Part shown: piece after piece, positions 49,446-62,841 of the stretch | How positions within the stretch are numbered: the first letter of the stretch is position 1 | Layout: every line of letters starts with the position of its first letter | Origin: the human T2T-CHM13v2.0 reference genome, Homo sapiens | Assembly (NCBI RefSeq): GCF_009914755.1 | Contig: NC_060936.1 | Strand: one strand, 5' to 3' | Length of the DNA stretch: 64,000 nt | Notes under the pieces: model-generated | What the model saw: the letters and a program-made list of their open reading frames with translations, nothing else | Told to the model about the DNA's origin: nothing | Database searches by the model: none | Made by a program: the position numbers and the translations under genes

Positions 49446-50715
49446 CTAATATAGCAGTAAAACTTCTAGTAAACTTATAACATAAACATAAATACACATT
49501 TACATGTATATATATTTGTATATATACACATCTATGCATTTTTTCAGAGAGCTGGTTGTTAGGCTCAGCAGCACACTTTAGTTACCAGCACACCACTGTC
49601 TCCACCCCTCTCGCTACCCTGTGAGCCCATTGCCCAGGCCCTGTCCTTTGTGGCACTGACAGCCTGTCCCTTCCCTTCCTTCATTTTCCAAATCCGCAGA
49701 GTCTCAGAGGTGTGGACTAGAGGTCCCTGCGCCTCCTCTTCCCCTCCTCCCTTTTTTCCACTTTGGACATCTTTTTCAGTCTATTCTCCACTCCACTGTC
49801 CTGCCTCCCATCCCAGTTTGTAGACACGTGCCCTGGATAGTCAACCACAGTGCCACAGAGATGTCATTCCCCAGGTTGGCACTCAGCCCCAGCCCTGCCT
49901 GCCTGCTCTTGCCCTTCGGTACTGGCTGCTGACAGGCCTGGCACTCAGGATGTCAGGTGGTGACTAGGTCTCCCACCTGTCTGCTAGTCTTTTCTAACCC
50001 CATCAAAGATAGCTCTGAAGCAAGACCAAGGGGTGCCTACATCACAGAGAGGGGAGTCTGTGCCAGTGAATGGTGTCCAGAGCACTGGGGACACAGCTCT
50101 GCGGCTCTGCAGGTTTCTTGTAATCGCCATCATCGCAAACACCTTGTGCAGCCTGCAGCAATTCTGCCATGAACACCACACACAAAAAACACTACACCAC
50201 CCAAGCTGTGCCCACCAGGAACCTCCAGGATGCAGGGGACACATTGATCAAGACTTCCAAAGGTCGAGGAGGGGGTACTTGGAGGTAGAAGTAGCAATCC
50301 TGTTTAAAGTAAATCATGAACTTTGGAGCAAGGCATGGCCTTAGAAGGAGACTCCAAGAGTTCGGTTCAGGGAGAAGTACAGGGGAAAGTTCCACTGCAG
50401 TGGGGTGAGATGGAGAAGGAAGTTAGAGACTGAAGCTCTGATTAGTCCCCTGGAGGAGGCAACATTTCAGAAACGTGGTCTAAAATACACTGGTCTAGGG
50501 CACAAGAAGAAGGAGGAGGAGACAAGTACTCCCGCTGCTGGGAAATCGATTTAGGACTAGAGTCCCCAGTGAACCCCTAAAAATTACCCACAGTTTCTAG
50601 GGTAGGTATTATTGTATCTAATAATAGTAATCATTTATTGCTATAGCTAACATTTATTGAGCTCTTACTATGGGCCTGGGATTTTATGTCTCAAACAAAA
50701 AGATGCAAAGAAGTA

Positions 50716-50753
50716 GTTATTATTATTATTATTACTGTTATTGTTATTATTAT
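50716..50753 (+). repeat. Imperfect (TAT)n repeat within MIR-like sequence
   Basis: ttattattattattattactgttattgttattattat. Confidence 0.85.
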
Positions 50754-53700
50754 CCTCACTTCTACAGAAGCGAAAAGAGACTCAAGAAGATTAAAGAACT
50801 TGCTAAGTGTGGCAGCCCTGCTGGAGGCTGGGCCCAGAGCCAGGCCCCTCACCCCTGCAAGGCATCGCTCCTGCAGGATCGTCGTCACCCTCATCATCGC
50901 CATCCTTGTTCCTGACAGGCAGGAGATCCTGGTATTTTTCTGTGTGCTTCCCCTTCTCCATCCCTTTTGGTGATTTTCTGAACATTGTGCAGTTGACAGT
51001 GTGGTCATATTCCCATCGTGTAGATGAGGACCCTGAGGTACAAAGAGGTGACATGGGAAATGCTGAGACAGGGCGCAGGTTTGATGTGTTTCTCAGTAGT
51101 CTGAAGCAATTGAGAAAAGTAAGTGCAATGCAGTAAATCTTTCATGGGGCTAGCTTGACTTTATCTAAAGGGCTGAGCTTAGTCTGAGAGAATGTCCTTC
51201 CTACTGTTAAATTGTCCTTTTCTTTTATGAAATGATGACGGTAGTGGGTGGTGATTGTTGCACTCTTAATGTCCAATTTTGGCAAAATAAAAGGCTGGCT
51301 CTCTGGAGCTCCAAATCAGCCCCAGCAGCTGATGTGAAATGCTGTTTGATGATGGTTGACTCCTAACGTCTGACTGTAGTGGTCTGGAGGCTCTGGGCCT
51401 GGCTCAGGGCTCCCTCACTGCACATCTCTTCCAGCCAAAGCATTTACCCAGGGACACCTACGCTGCTCACAAACATGAAGGATGCTCAAAGGTGGTGGCC
51501 CTGCCACCTCCATCTGAGTTGGGAAAATGCCTTCCATTACCCCTGACCATGGATTAAGGGGTCTCAGATCCAGAGAGCCCTGAGGCTGAGCTGGACTTGC
51601 CTGGGAGGATGTGCAGAGGGAATGCCCCAGCCTTTCTGGCTTCAGAGGGTGCAGTGTCCCCACCAACTCTCTTTCCAAACCTGCCTCAGCCTGCATGGGG
51701 CCCCTTTCCCTGGTACTCACTTTGTTTGCTTTGGGGAGAAAATCGAGAAAGAATCTTCCCTCTACCCTCCCTTGTCCCAGCCATCCCTAAAGCAGTCCAG
51801 TGTTATGATTCATCCACCTTTTATTTGCTTCAAGGATTTTCCATGGCATCTCAGAGGCCCCTCTCTTCCCATTTGGCTGGATTCCAAGACCATTAAAGAT
51901 CTATTCAAACAAACAAACAAAAAAATCTGGATCGAGTGAGGGCAGCTGGTTCCCATTTGGCTCAGCTGTGATCCTGAAGTTTCTGTGTTATGGTGTAGCC
52001 TTCATTTCTGGATCATCAGTGGATTTCTCTACCGCTTTCACTAGCACCAGCTGTGGACTGCAATTGTACTCTAGTCAAGTATGGAGGGAATAAGAAATAG
52101 TTATGGCAGAAACCTGGGCTTGAAAATGCATCTCTCCTTGAGCTGGCACTTTGAGAAGGCCACAACTGAATGAAGGGACATTAGAGAGTGAGCCTCAGGT
52201 CAGGCTGCAGGCCTGGGAAGGCCAAGGGTAGAGCCAGCTGGGAAGAGACAGTCCTCATTGCTGGCCATGGAGGGAGTGAGCTGTTGGGAGCAAGGGCCCG
52301 TGTGGCTGGAGGGTGAAGGTCAGATGTAAGGTAGAACTTTTCTAAAGCCAGGATGGGAGACAAGATGGCCATCTCCAGCCTGCTGGACCACCACACCAAT
52401 GTCTGAAGAAAGGCCCGTGCCCGGAAGAGGCCACTTGCACGGCCAGCCCCATCTCCTCTCTCCCTCTCCAGAGCCTTCTTGCTGGTCTCAGGTTTCATTC
52501 TGATGGTTCTGCTCCCAGTTAACTCAGCTCAGGATAAGCTGTCCACCCCAGTCTGCTCCAACCTCTCTCCCTCCAAAGTCACGCCCACCCTCCACACCCC
52601 AGTTCCACCTCAGTCCACCACCTCCTCCCTCTCCCAACTCCTCCCTGTCCCCATTGCTTCCTGTGGGTCCCACACCTCCTCCATTGCTCTAGCCACCTCT
52701 GGACCAGGGCTTCAAGGAAGGCAAAAGTGGAGCTGAGTCCTAGGCACTGTCCAGACACCCCCAACACTGAGAGGATCCACCTCCACGGCCTGGAAGTGAC
52801 AACAGGCCACAGCCTCTGCGGGCAGCATGCAGTAGGAAAGCCCAGGGAAAAGGGACCCAGCCAGTGCCTGGGACCCAGAGACATCAGGCTTTGGCTGATG
52901 GAATATGATAGAAGTGCCAACAGAAAATGGGCAGGGAGCCTGCAGGACATCAGGGGAGGGTGGAAAGGTGCAGCCGCAGGGGCACAGAGTTCCCATCCCG
53001 GGAGGCAGGGCAGTGGTGTGGAAAGAGTGTGGGTTATGGAGAGACAGACCTCACCGGATTCTGGCTCTGCAGCCCTGGGATTGGTATGTCTCTGCCTTGG
53101 GAATAATAACACCCACCTCAGAGGGATGATGAAGGAGCTGTGCCCAGCCTCCAGAGCCTGGCCCATGGAAGGTGCTCCACAAACATCAGCTTCCGTTTCC
53201 CCTGCCCAGTACTCTGGGTTTGAAGTGCAGGACAAGCCATGGGGGCGAGGCTCTGCAGATGGAGAGAAGGAGCTGAGCAGTGGCCAAGGCTGGGAGGCCT
53301 CCGCCACCTCGGCAAGACGCCCAGGTGCCATGGGAACCTGCTGCTCTCCTCAGCCCCAGAGGTGTCCTGAGGGTGCCAACCTCCATGTCTACAGCCGGCT
53401 TGACCCCCAGCAGCCCCTGGTGGTTCCCTCTCTGGGCTGCTGTATCTGGCTTGGACTGCTGCAGGCACCCTCCAGTTGGGTGTCCTGAGGACCGGCTCCT
53501 GTCAGTGTCCGCAGGGAAAGCCTGGAGTCAAAGCCCCATGGGGAGGAGAGATAGGCCATCAGCTCATGCTGAGTGCAAATGGGTGCCAGGCATGTGCTGG
53601 GAATATGAAGGTGAAGGCAATCCAGTCTCTGGTCACTGGCACTAGGAGAGTTGCCAGAAAGGACCAGTAAGTCCTTTCTGTGGGAGTAACTGGAAGAGAG

Positions 53701-55303
53701 AAGGGCTCTCTCCCAAGTGGCAATTGTCAAGCATTGGGCCTTCACTGTCTGCACTTGAGGAAACAGACTCCATAGCGAACAAACTATGACTCCTCTCCTC
53801 ATCTCCCATAGTCCTGCAATCACAGCCCCCTCTGTCTTTGGATGCCTTCTTCACCCCGCCCCAGCCATGCAGCCCCGCCCCCAGGCTCCCTCTTGCACAA
53901 AGCGCTCCTGCTCAATGAAGCTGTCCAGTTGCTTGTAGTGCTGTCTTGGGCCAGTCTCTGTCTCCAGCCCAAGAGATCCTCCAGCATCTCCATCTCACCT
54001 TGGGATTGACCCACTGACATTTTGTTCCCACTGGTAAACTAAACGGAGCAATTCCTGCTATACAGTACAGAAGCCACCCCCCATCAGGACACCAGGGCCT
54101 TGTGAAGAGTCCCTGCAGCACTAGTCCTCTTCCACATTTACCCTGCGATGGCCTCTTCCTGGAACCTTCCAGCTGGGGGAAGCAGGCAGGTGGCAGCACT
54201 GCCAAGAACAAACTCCTGTCCAGACTTGCGAGCCGGAGGCCTGCACCCACTGTTCTCCCCGTGGCCCCCTAAAAGGCAGACAATACACAGGGTATCCTTG
54301 AGGTCTAGCCCAGGGTGGCTATAAATAGGCTGGGGCTCTGATCCTCAATTTTTTCATCTGTATAATGGCCGTAACAACAGTCCTTCACTCCCAGAGCTGT
54401 TCTTAGGCAATGGGCATGAAAATGCTTTTTAAACTGTAAAGCAACAGGTAGGCACCCATCAGAAGAAAAATATGCACTATCACTTCCTCCACTGGTGACC
54501 GTGGCAGACATTACTAATCGATCAAACCATTCTTTCCATCTGTATCTGGATGCCACCATAGCATCCCCCAAATCACAGTTTAGGCTGATGGCTCCCGGTT
54601 CTGGCTGCTCATTAGAACTCCGTTGCTGACTTTTAAAATACACCAGTCAGTGCTTAGGCCCTACTTCTGGTAGCCTTACTTAATTGGTTTGGAGTAGAGA
54701 CTTAGACAGCAATATTTTTCTAAGTTCCTGGGTTATTTTTCAGCCTGTTTAAAGAACTACTACTCTTGGCAGCCATAACCAAATTACCATGTAGATTCAC
54801 ATGGTGGCCACCTTGCCTGCTAGTCATTGTCATTATTTCCTTTCCTCAGAGCCCTCACTTGCTCCCAAAATTGTCCATCAAGCCCTGCCTTCTCATGCTG
54901 GAACCTGTCAAGCTGATAGCTCAGGCCCCTGCCATGGGCCCCAGTGCTGGGTTTCTGAGTCTCCTGCAGGAGGCTCCAGTCTCCAGCACTTGGTTTTGTG
55001 GCTCTAGAAAACAGACTCAGAACCCAGGATAACCCTGCCCACTCAGGAGAACTCTGTGAGCCCTGGGGCATAAAGGGAGTTCTTCCCTCCCTCCTCAAAT
55101 CTGTGAGATAAACCAGCATCATCTAGAGAAGCCTCCACCTTCACATTTGAGAATCTAGCCATTTCTTTTAGCCTCTCAACTGGAAAGTTCTTTCTGCTAT
55201 CCAACCTCGGTCCCTACTGTTGCAAAGGCAGGAGGCTAGCAAAGGCAGCAGGTGTGCATGGTGCCTTCACTGAGGAAATGGCAATGTCTGTGCCCAGTAC
55301 TGA

Positions 55304-55345
55304 ACACACACACACACACACACATGCATGCACACACACACATGC
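55304..55345 (+). repeat. Interrupted (CA)n microsatellite
   Basis: acacacacacacacacacacatgcatgcacacacacacatgc. Confidence 0.9.
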
Positions 55346-56519
55346 CTCATCTTATCAATCAAGGACGCAAACATGTTGTTGAGTCTTATTCCACTTACCC
55401 ACCTGCTAGATGACGGTGCTGACAGGTTGATGACAGCCAGGAGTCTCCGGCTCTGACCATCTCCTGGGCAGGGGCTTTTGAGCCTTGCCCTAAGCCCCAG
55501 TCACTACTCTAAATGTCCTAGATGTCAACTCAGACCATCCGTCCCTTCCTCCGGACCCTCTGTCTTCCTCTTCCATTATACTTGGTCTTCTTGCCCCAAA
55601 CCTTCATCCTCTGATCCCCCTCCAGCCCAGCCCCAATACCAGGCCTCCCTGCTCCTTTATGAAACTGAAACCCTCTTCCTTCCCCCAGATGACGTCATTA
55701 GTGTGGCTACTGTGAGACTAGGTCGCTGCCCACTCACTGCAAAGACGTTGGCTTCCCACCCACCTGCAAATGCCCTGAGCCTCCTACACCTCCCCTCCCC
55801 ACCCAAGACACAGAGCTGGCCTAGGGAATCTGTCTGTTCACTCTCCTTACACCCCTTACCAAGGCAGGACTGGCCATCACCATAGTGGTTCTGGAAGGTG
55901 GGATAGGAGTATGTCTGGGGCAGTGCCAACCCCCCAGTCACTGAAATTCATAGCCCACCCCCACCCCATGGTGGGACCCCAGCTCACTCCTCCCTACACC
56001 AGCCCCAACTTCCAAGACTTGTTACTTATCTTTCCATCTGAGAAGCCAAGAGTGTGGGACTCCCACCTGCTGACCCCCGCAGGAGGCCAGGCCTCTGAGC
56101 GGTGAGAAAAGGGCTGGACAAATGCAAATACCTGTGCACTAAGCCCACCTTCCAACGAGGAAAGGTGCAGTCTCAGAAAGAGGCAAGGTCAGGTCAGGAA
56201 CACGACCATTTCTCTGTCACTGGACACAGTTTGTGCATGTCCATCTGCTGAAGCCTCCAGCCAGTACATGCACACGCTTTCTGGGCTTCTCCTTTCCTCC
56301 CTCCCTGCCCCTCCTCCCAGACCCTGCTCCACACCCCATTTGCCTCCTGAAAATTAACACAGACATATAGGCTGCATGGGCAATACACAGTGATGTACTT
56401 GTGTGTGTGTGTTTGTGCTTCATGCATTCATGAATGTACATGGTGCGCGCTCATGTGAGTGAATTGAGGTGCATGTGCATACTTTGAATACTCAGAGACC
56501 AAGCCATGAGATTGTGCTG

Positions 56520-56525
56520 TTTATT
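56520..56525 (-). terminator. KRT71 polyadenylation signal AATAAA
   Basis: Plus-strand tttatt about 605 bp downstream of the TAG. Confidence 0.8.
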
Positions 56526-57129
56526 GAGGTTGCAACAGAGGAAGGCCATTAAGAATAAAGGAAAAGTGAACAGTGCCTGCTTTTCTCTGCTTCTGGGTGC
56601 AGGTGAGTGGAGAAAAAGGCCCTGAATTGCACTTGGTCCCACTCAGATTTGAGACTGAGCTAGATGTGGGGGTGGGGACTGGGCCACTCTTGGTTGTTTG
56701 TCCTTCAGTCCTCCTTTTCTTAAACACAGAGCCAGCTCCTGGCATAGGCAGGAACTATGCTAGGTCCCAGTGTGTGCGGGGCCTTGGGCAGAGACCCAGG
56801 GAGCCCAGCAGAGTAGTTAGCGACTGCGCTAGAGGCCGGGCAGAGGAGGAAAGCTGGCAGCCAGGACCTGGGCTGGTGGTGTAGCTGGGGGACCACAGCC
56901 AAGGAGTTAATAGGGTGTGTACAGGGAGGAATTTCACCAAGCTTGGTCATCCAGGCCTTCCCAGGATCAGGAAGACACAGGCTGGGAGAAGTGGGTGGCC
57001 AAGGCCAGTGCCAGGTGTATGGGAGCAGGACCAGCAGGGTGGAGATGGAGCTGAGAGTGGGCTGTGGGAAGTACAGTGTGGGATCCAGAGCCGGGTCATG
57101 GAATGAGGCGGGGCCCGGGGCAGTCTTCT

Positions 57130-60100
57130 CTACCGACTGGTTTTCTTGGAGGGTGCACTCAGGCTGGAACCCTTCCCTAGGGTGTCTTTGTAATCGTTGG
57201 CACTGCCCCGGCTCCTGCCCTCCCCGCCTCTCACGCTGCACACTCCAGAGATGCAGTTGCTGCTGTTGGCCACATAGCCACCGCTGACCATGCTGGGCCG
57301 GAAGCCATAGACACTGCCGCCACTGGTGCTGCTGATGATGGCTGCAGGAGGAGCCGAAGCCAACACCCACTCAGGCAGAGAGCTGGGGAGGCCTCCTTTT
57401 CCCCAGGGCAGACAGGGCTTTTCTTGGAGAAGCTGAGTGGGGAGGTGCACACCCGCTCCCTCTCCCTGGGGAGAATGTACCAAAGACAGCTTCCCTAATG
57501 CTCTGTCCTTGGCTTGTTTGGCTTATATCCAATCTGGCTGAGTCTTGCCCCATTAATGCTCAGAGGCCCTACTCCTTGGTCCAGGTACCAATACCCCTAC
57601 CTGTCCTCCTGGACACCCACCCATTGCCCTTTCTATTAGCCTTTTTGCTAAACTTCCCAGCCTCTAACCTCTTCCTCCTGCTAGCTGTCCCACAGCAGGC
57701 ATCTTTCCCAAGCTCTGGTTTAACTCTTTTAGCCCTGCTAAGCAATGCAGTGATCTGATACTGCCAGCTTGACCTCTAAGATCCCTCATTCTCTCATTCC
57801 CTCAGCCCTCCCTACTTCCCAAGCCCAAGTCTGGTTGCAGTTTGCAAACCTGACTCCCTAAGCCTCACACAGACCCATGCATCATTTTTCTACAACATAA
57901 CCCTTGCTTTCCCATGACAATAGCTTTCCATTGCTGCCATCCCCTAGGAACAGAAAGTCAGAGGGATAAGAATAAAGGAGGCCTGGCCTGGGAGTCAGGA
58001 AAGCCGATTTTGGCCATGGCTCTGCCATCTGGCTTTGTGATCTCAGGCAAAGCTTTTCCCTCTCTGGTTCTTAGATCCCTCATCTGCACACAGAGGGTGT
58101 CACTAAGGTCCTTTCCAGGCTGCAGATTTTACAATTTTAGGTGAAAGTATACAAATACTTACAGATGCTGACAGGGGAGGGAAATTCTCCTGACATCCTA
58201 TTAAGGAGAGAAATAAAATAAGAGGAGAAGAGAAGTCATCCAGCTCAGTCTCTTTAAAGCTACTGCCACCATCAGCCTTATGTGGGTTTTTGGACCCAAC
58301 AGGCACCTGTGGAAATTCCAAAGCTTCTCTGATGCAAGCAGAGCCTGAGAAGTTTTGGAGACTACCCCCAAATCTTTGGGGTAACCAGACAACAACCCTA
58401 GTCAAACAATAGTTTACAAAAGGTGCACACGTAGGGGCAGTGTATCTACCTCCCACGTGTCAGGTCCACACACCAGCCTGCCATCCCTGTAGAGCCCTGG
58501 GGAAGCTGGGGTGGCTGCCCCGGCACACCCCCAACAAGCTGCACATGGACAGATCAGGAAGAGGGAACAAGAATGCCTAATAGAGTAATGGGGTTTTGCA
58601 GGGAGCAGGGCGGTGGTTGTTTCTAGTATGCCCAGGAAGAACGAGCAAATCTGCATAGCTTACTACATAGCATAGTGCCTGCCATGAAGCAAGCTCTCAC
58701 AGTCTACTGAGTGGATACTCATGTCCACTCATGGTAGTATTGTTAATTACTGTGATTATTTCTATCCTCATCACCCCATCACTTCCTAAGAACTCATCTC
58801 TTCTGGATTGAGATGTGTTAGGCTTTCTCCTTTGGGTCTTCCCAAACCCCTGGGGCCCTCCTGTCTGGGCACGCCCCGCCCACCTGCACTCCTCGCTCTC
58901 CAGTAGCTTGCGATAGGTGGCGATCTCCATGTCCAGGGCCAGCTTCAGGCTCATGAGCTCCTGGTACTCGCGCAGCATCCGCGCCAGCTCCTCCTTGGCC
59001 TGGTGCAGGGCGCCCTCCAGCTCGTCCAGCTTGGCCCGGGCATCCTTCAGGGCGTTGTCTCCCCGCTGCTCAGCATCAGCGATGGCTGTCTCCAGGTTGG
59101 AAGCCTAAGGAAGGAATTGGTGAAGTCGAAAAATTTGGAGGAGCCACTGCAACCATCCACATCCAATCCCTCTGGGTCCTTAGAGTGGGGCAGAGTGGCC
59201 CGCCTCCACCCTACACACACCATCACACTTCCTTGCAGCAGAGCCCCTTCTGGGGCTGGCACCTCCCTCCTTAGCTCTAGCCCCATTCCCTGTGTTGGAT
59301 GTGTGGGTGATGGAAATCATGCAGCCATGCCCTCCTGAGCGCCACTTTAGTTCAGCATAGAGACATTTATTCAGCCATATTGTGCCAAGGGCACGAAATG
59401 AATGACAGCAATACTCTTGAGTTGTTTAGGTCTGGGAGGAGAGATGGTCGAATATGCTGTGGCAGACGCAAAGGCAGCAGCTGCCCAGGAACAGGGCACC
59501 ACAGTCGAGGGGGACAGGGAAGGACACACCCCGGGAGCAACCGTTATTTGCCAAGCACTTAGTGTATGCCAGCACCAGGCTCAATACTGTACATACCATT
59601 GACATAACTTAACGCATTTAGTCCTTGCAACACCCTGTGAAGTGAGCAGAAGTAACCTGTCCAAGATCACAAAGCAACTAAGTGTTAAAGCCCACAAAAG
59701 AATAGAAGGAGCACTGGACTAGGAGTCAGGAGACCTTGGTTCAGATCACAGCTCTGCCACTTACCAGCTGTGTAACCCCCTTATCCTCTCTGAGCCTCAG
59801 TTTCCTCATCTGTAACAACAGCGAGGGCAACTGTTGCCTCTCAGGGTCTTGGTGAGGATGAAGTGCGATAGAAGAATAGGTGCCGCTGCCATTGCTATCG
59901 TATATGTACATCTTGTGTCTCACCTACAAGCCGAGGCTGCATCCTATATTCCTGGGAGTAGTCCCTAGTCAATCCTTAACAATGCACCTTAATGGGTGCT
60001 CCCTGAGCCCATTTCTCCATCTCAGTCATTAACTCCACAGATGTTTATCAAGCTGCAACTATGTGCCAGGCACTGTGCTAGATGCTGGGGAAACAGGGTA

Positions 60101-62841
60101 CAAAGCAGCCAGCTCCCTGCCCCCTTTCAGTCTAGTGGCAGTGTCAGTAATAACAGGAAGTGTGACAAATACAGGGAAGCACAGGTGCCAGGAGGGTACA
60201 TCGCTGGGGGAAGGTCTTAGCCCAGTGCCGAGGAGGCTTTCTAAGGAGGGGCTTCGAGGCTGAGGTCCTTGGAGTGAGTCAGAGATGAGTAGCCCCCAGG
60301 GACGTCCTGCTCCAGGTGTTTGAGGCAGCGACCTCACTGGCCTTCTCTCTTCTCCCAGGCAGCGATCTGGGAGGCCCATGTTCTCAGCAGCTCATCTCCC
60401 CTCTACTCATGCTCCCCTGCACTTGACCACAGGCCAAGGCCAACGTGCTCTCACCTGCTTCTTCACGTTCTCGATCTCTGAGCGGATTCTCTGGATGAGC
60501 CGAGTGAGCTCCGAGATTTCATTCTTGGTGTTTTTGAGGTCGTCCCCATGCCTGCCAGCTGCCAGCTGAAGCTCTTGGAACTGGGGACCCCAAAGCACAG
60601 AGTCATGAGTGTGTCGTGGGAGTGCATGTATCTTGGGATCAGAACACAACAGACACTTACTGGGACACTGCTTCTATTCTGGGCACGATCTGTCTCCATC
60701 TGCTGCCTGCTGGCATCACCCTCCCTGGCCCCACCTCAGCCCAGCTCACCTTGGTCTGGTACAGGGCCTCAGCCTCGGCCTTACTCTTCAAGGCAATCTC
60801 CTCATACTGGGTGCGGACTTCGTCAATGATGCTGTCCAGGTCTAGGTTCCGGTTGTTGTCCATGGACAGGATGACAGACATGTCACTGATGTGGGACTGG
60901 ATCTGAGTGATCTCCTGCAGGGGACACAGAAATGGTCTCTCGGCTCAACTGCTGTCGGAAGCCAACCACCACCCCCAAACAAGATGAGCAAATTCTGGTG
61001 ATGCCATCTTGGAGGCTGGAACCCAAGGCTGCTGCCATCCAGGGCTGTGTGCTTTGCGGCAAAGCAAGTTCCCTGCTGGGCCCAGAGAGATTCCCACTGC
61101 CGTGGAGCAAGGGCCTGGCCGATTCCCTTCCCACTCAGAGTGTGCAGACCTAGGAGCCTCGCAAGTCTGATGCGGGAGATGGTTGGCTAACTGAGGGGTC
61201 TCACTGAGGGCTGGGGCCTCCATGTCTCCTGCAGCCCCTAGAATAGAGTTTAACCCACCAGCCTCCCCTAGATGAACCAAGTGGGCAGACAGACTTACGG
61301 CTTCAAAGAGACACCTGAAGAACTTGATCTCCTGGTCCATGGATTCCACCTTGGCCTGCAGTTCCACCTTATTGGCGTAAGCAGCATCCACATCCTGAAA
61401 GATGCCCCCACCATCCCCTGTCACTGCTGGTACAGCCAAAAAGGCAGCAGCCATCCCTGCCTGGGTTCCCTGAGTGAAGAAGGAGTCACTCTCTTCTCTT
61501 CACTTTGCCTTGGGAAAGGAGACAAAGGAGCAAAGGCCCAGCCCTACCCCACCCCACCCTGGGAATCTGTTCCCTCGGCAGGAATGAAGCGCCTGTGGTG
61601 TCTGAGCTGGGTCCCGGGGCTGCAGGGGAGCCCCTCAGTGTTGTCCTCTGTATTCTTCTCCGTGTTCAAACCACAGCTGCATTGGACATGCAGTCAGGTG
61701 TCCTCTCACTGGCACCCTCCCTGCCTTTTCATTCTTTTTTCTGGATAGTCTTTCATCAAGTTTTCTCTGCCTTCACCTTGCTCTTCCTGAATCAGTTCAC
61801 CTTGAGGGGGGTTAACAGAGCACCTTGGCAGGCTCTGTTCCTCCAGGTCCCAGGCCAGCCCCCGGGACTCAGGGCCTGCCTTCCCCTCACCTTCTTGAGC
61901 AGCACAAACTCGTTCTCTGCTGCTGTCCGCTTGTTGATTTCCTCCTCATACCTGTGGGAATGGCGAGGGCTCATTGGTTAATATCTCACTGAAAGCCCTT
62001 GCTTTCACAGGGCAGCGTTGAGCAAGGAGCAGCGTGTCCATCAGAAGATACAGGTGCTGGGGGCCGCAGAGTACTGGGCAGGGGTAAGTGGGGGAAGGCT
62101 TCCTGGAGGAGGGAACATGCTAACCAGTTTGGAAGAATGAGACTGTTAAAGATCCAGCTTGGCAAACGAGGAAGGAGCACATGGAGCGAATGCCCTGTGG
62201 GACTCTCAGAGGAACCAGGATGTGAACTGCCCTCCCCAAATTTGAGTACAGCTTTACAAATGACAAAGCGCTCCAATCTGCATTTCCTCAGTTACCCTTG
62301 AGAGCAGTCTTGGAGCCAGATGCACTTAACCCTCCTCTTACATGGGAGGAGAACGTGAGTGGTTTCCCCAAACATTCCCTAAACCCAGAGCCAGAGATAA
62401 CCCTCTGCCCACTGCCCAGCTCACTGGGCATTTGTCCTAAGAGTCAGGCCAGAGGCTGGAGGAGCAGAGAGCAAGTTCCAGAGTTTTGTTGGGGTGATTC
62501 TGCTTGATATGACCAAGAACAATGCCCTCCACTGACCTCCAAAGCATTTAAGCTGGGGTGACTGCCAGGGGTCCCTTGGAGGGACAAGGGCAGTTGTCCA
62601 GTTACAGGGGGACTCCTCCTGCTCACCTCTTCTTGTAGTCCTCCACTACGTCCCGCACATTCCTCAGCTCCGAGTCCAGCCTCACCCTGTCCCCAGACAG
62701 CGTCTCCAGCTGCTTCCGCAGGTTGCTGATGTAGCCCTCGAGGATGGGCTCCAGGTTGTTCTTGCAGTTGTTCAGGTCCAGCTGCTGCAGCAGCTCCCAC
62801 TTGGTCTCCAGTACCTGGTTCTGCTGCTCCAGGAACCGCAC
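57130..62841 (-). CDS. KRT71: Keratin 71 (inner root sheath type II keratin), exons 2-9; complement(join(57130..57341,58163..58197,58884..59104,60455..60580,60750..60914,61299..61394,61891..61951,62627..62841)); exon 1 lies beyond the window end
   Basis: [54 protein letters not shown], tail [24 protein letters not shown]...[14 protein letters not shown]; canonical exon sizes; lies next to KRT5. Confidence 0.93.
59545..59870. mobile_element. Two oppositely oriented MIR fragments in KRT71 intron 6
   Basis: Antisense MIR (ccaagcacttagtgtatgccag...cctgtccaagatcacaaagc) followed by sense MIR (gagcactggactaggagtcaggagacc...ctctgagcctcagtttcctcatctgtaa). Confidence 0.7.
60020..60290 (-). mobile_element. 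L2 LINE 3' fragment
   Basis: atgtttatcaag...actatgtgccaggcactgtgctagatgctgggga...cagtctagtgg is typical of the L2 3' end. Confidence 0.65.

Noticed and set aside
52579-53488. Overlapping ORFs of about 250 aa on both strands
   Set aside because: No homology that I can recognise; stop-poor GC-rich sequence can produce such ORFs by chance. Ribo-seq or PhyloCSF support would be needed.
57183-57197. FLAG-like DYKD in the KRT71 tail (NDYKDTL)
   Set aside because: This is native KRT71 sequence and lacks the acidic residues of DYKDDDDK; it is not an engineered tag.
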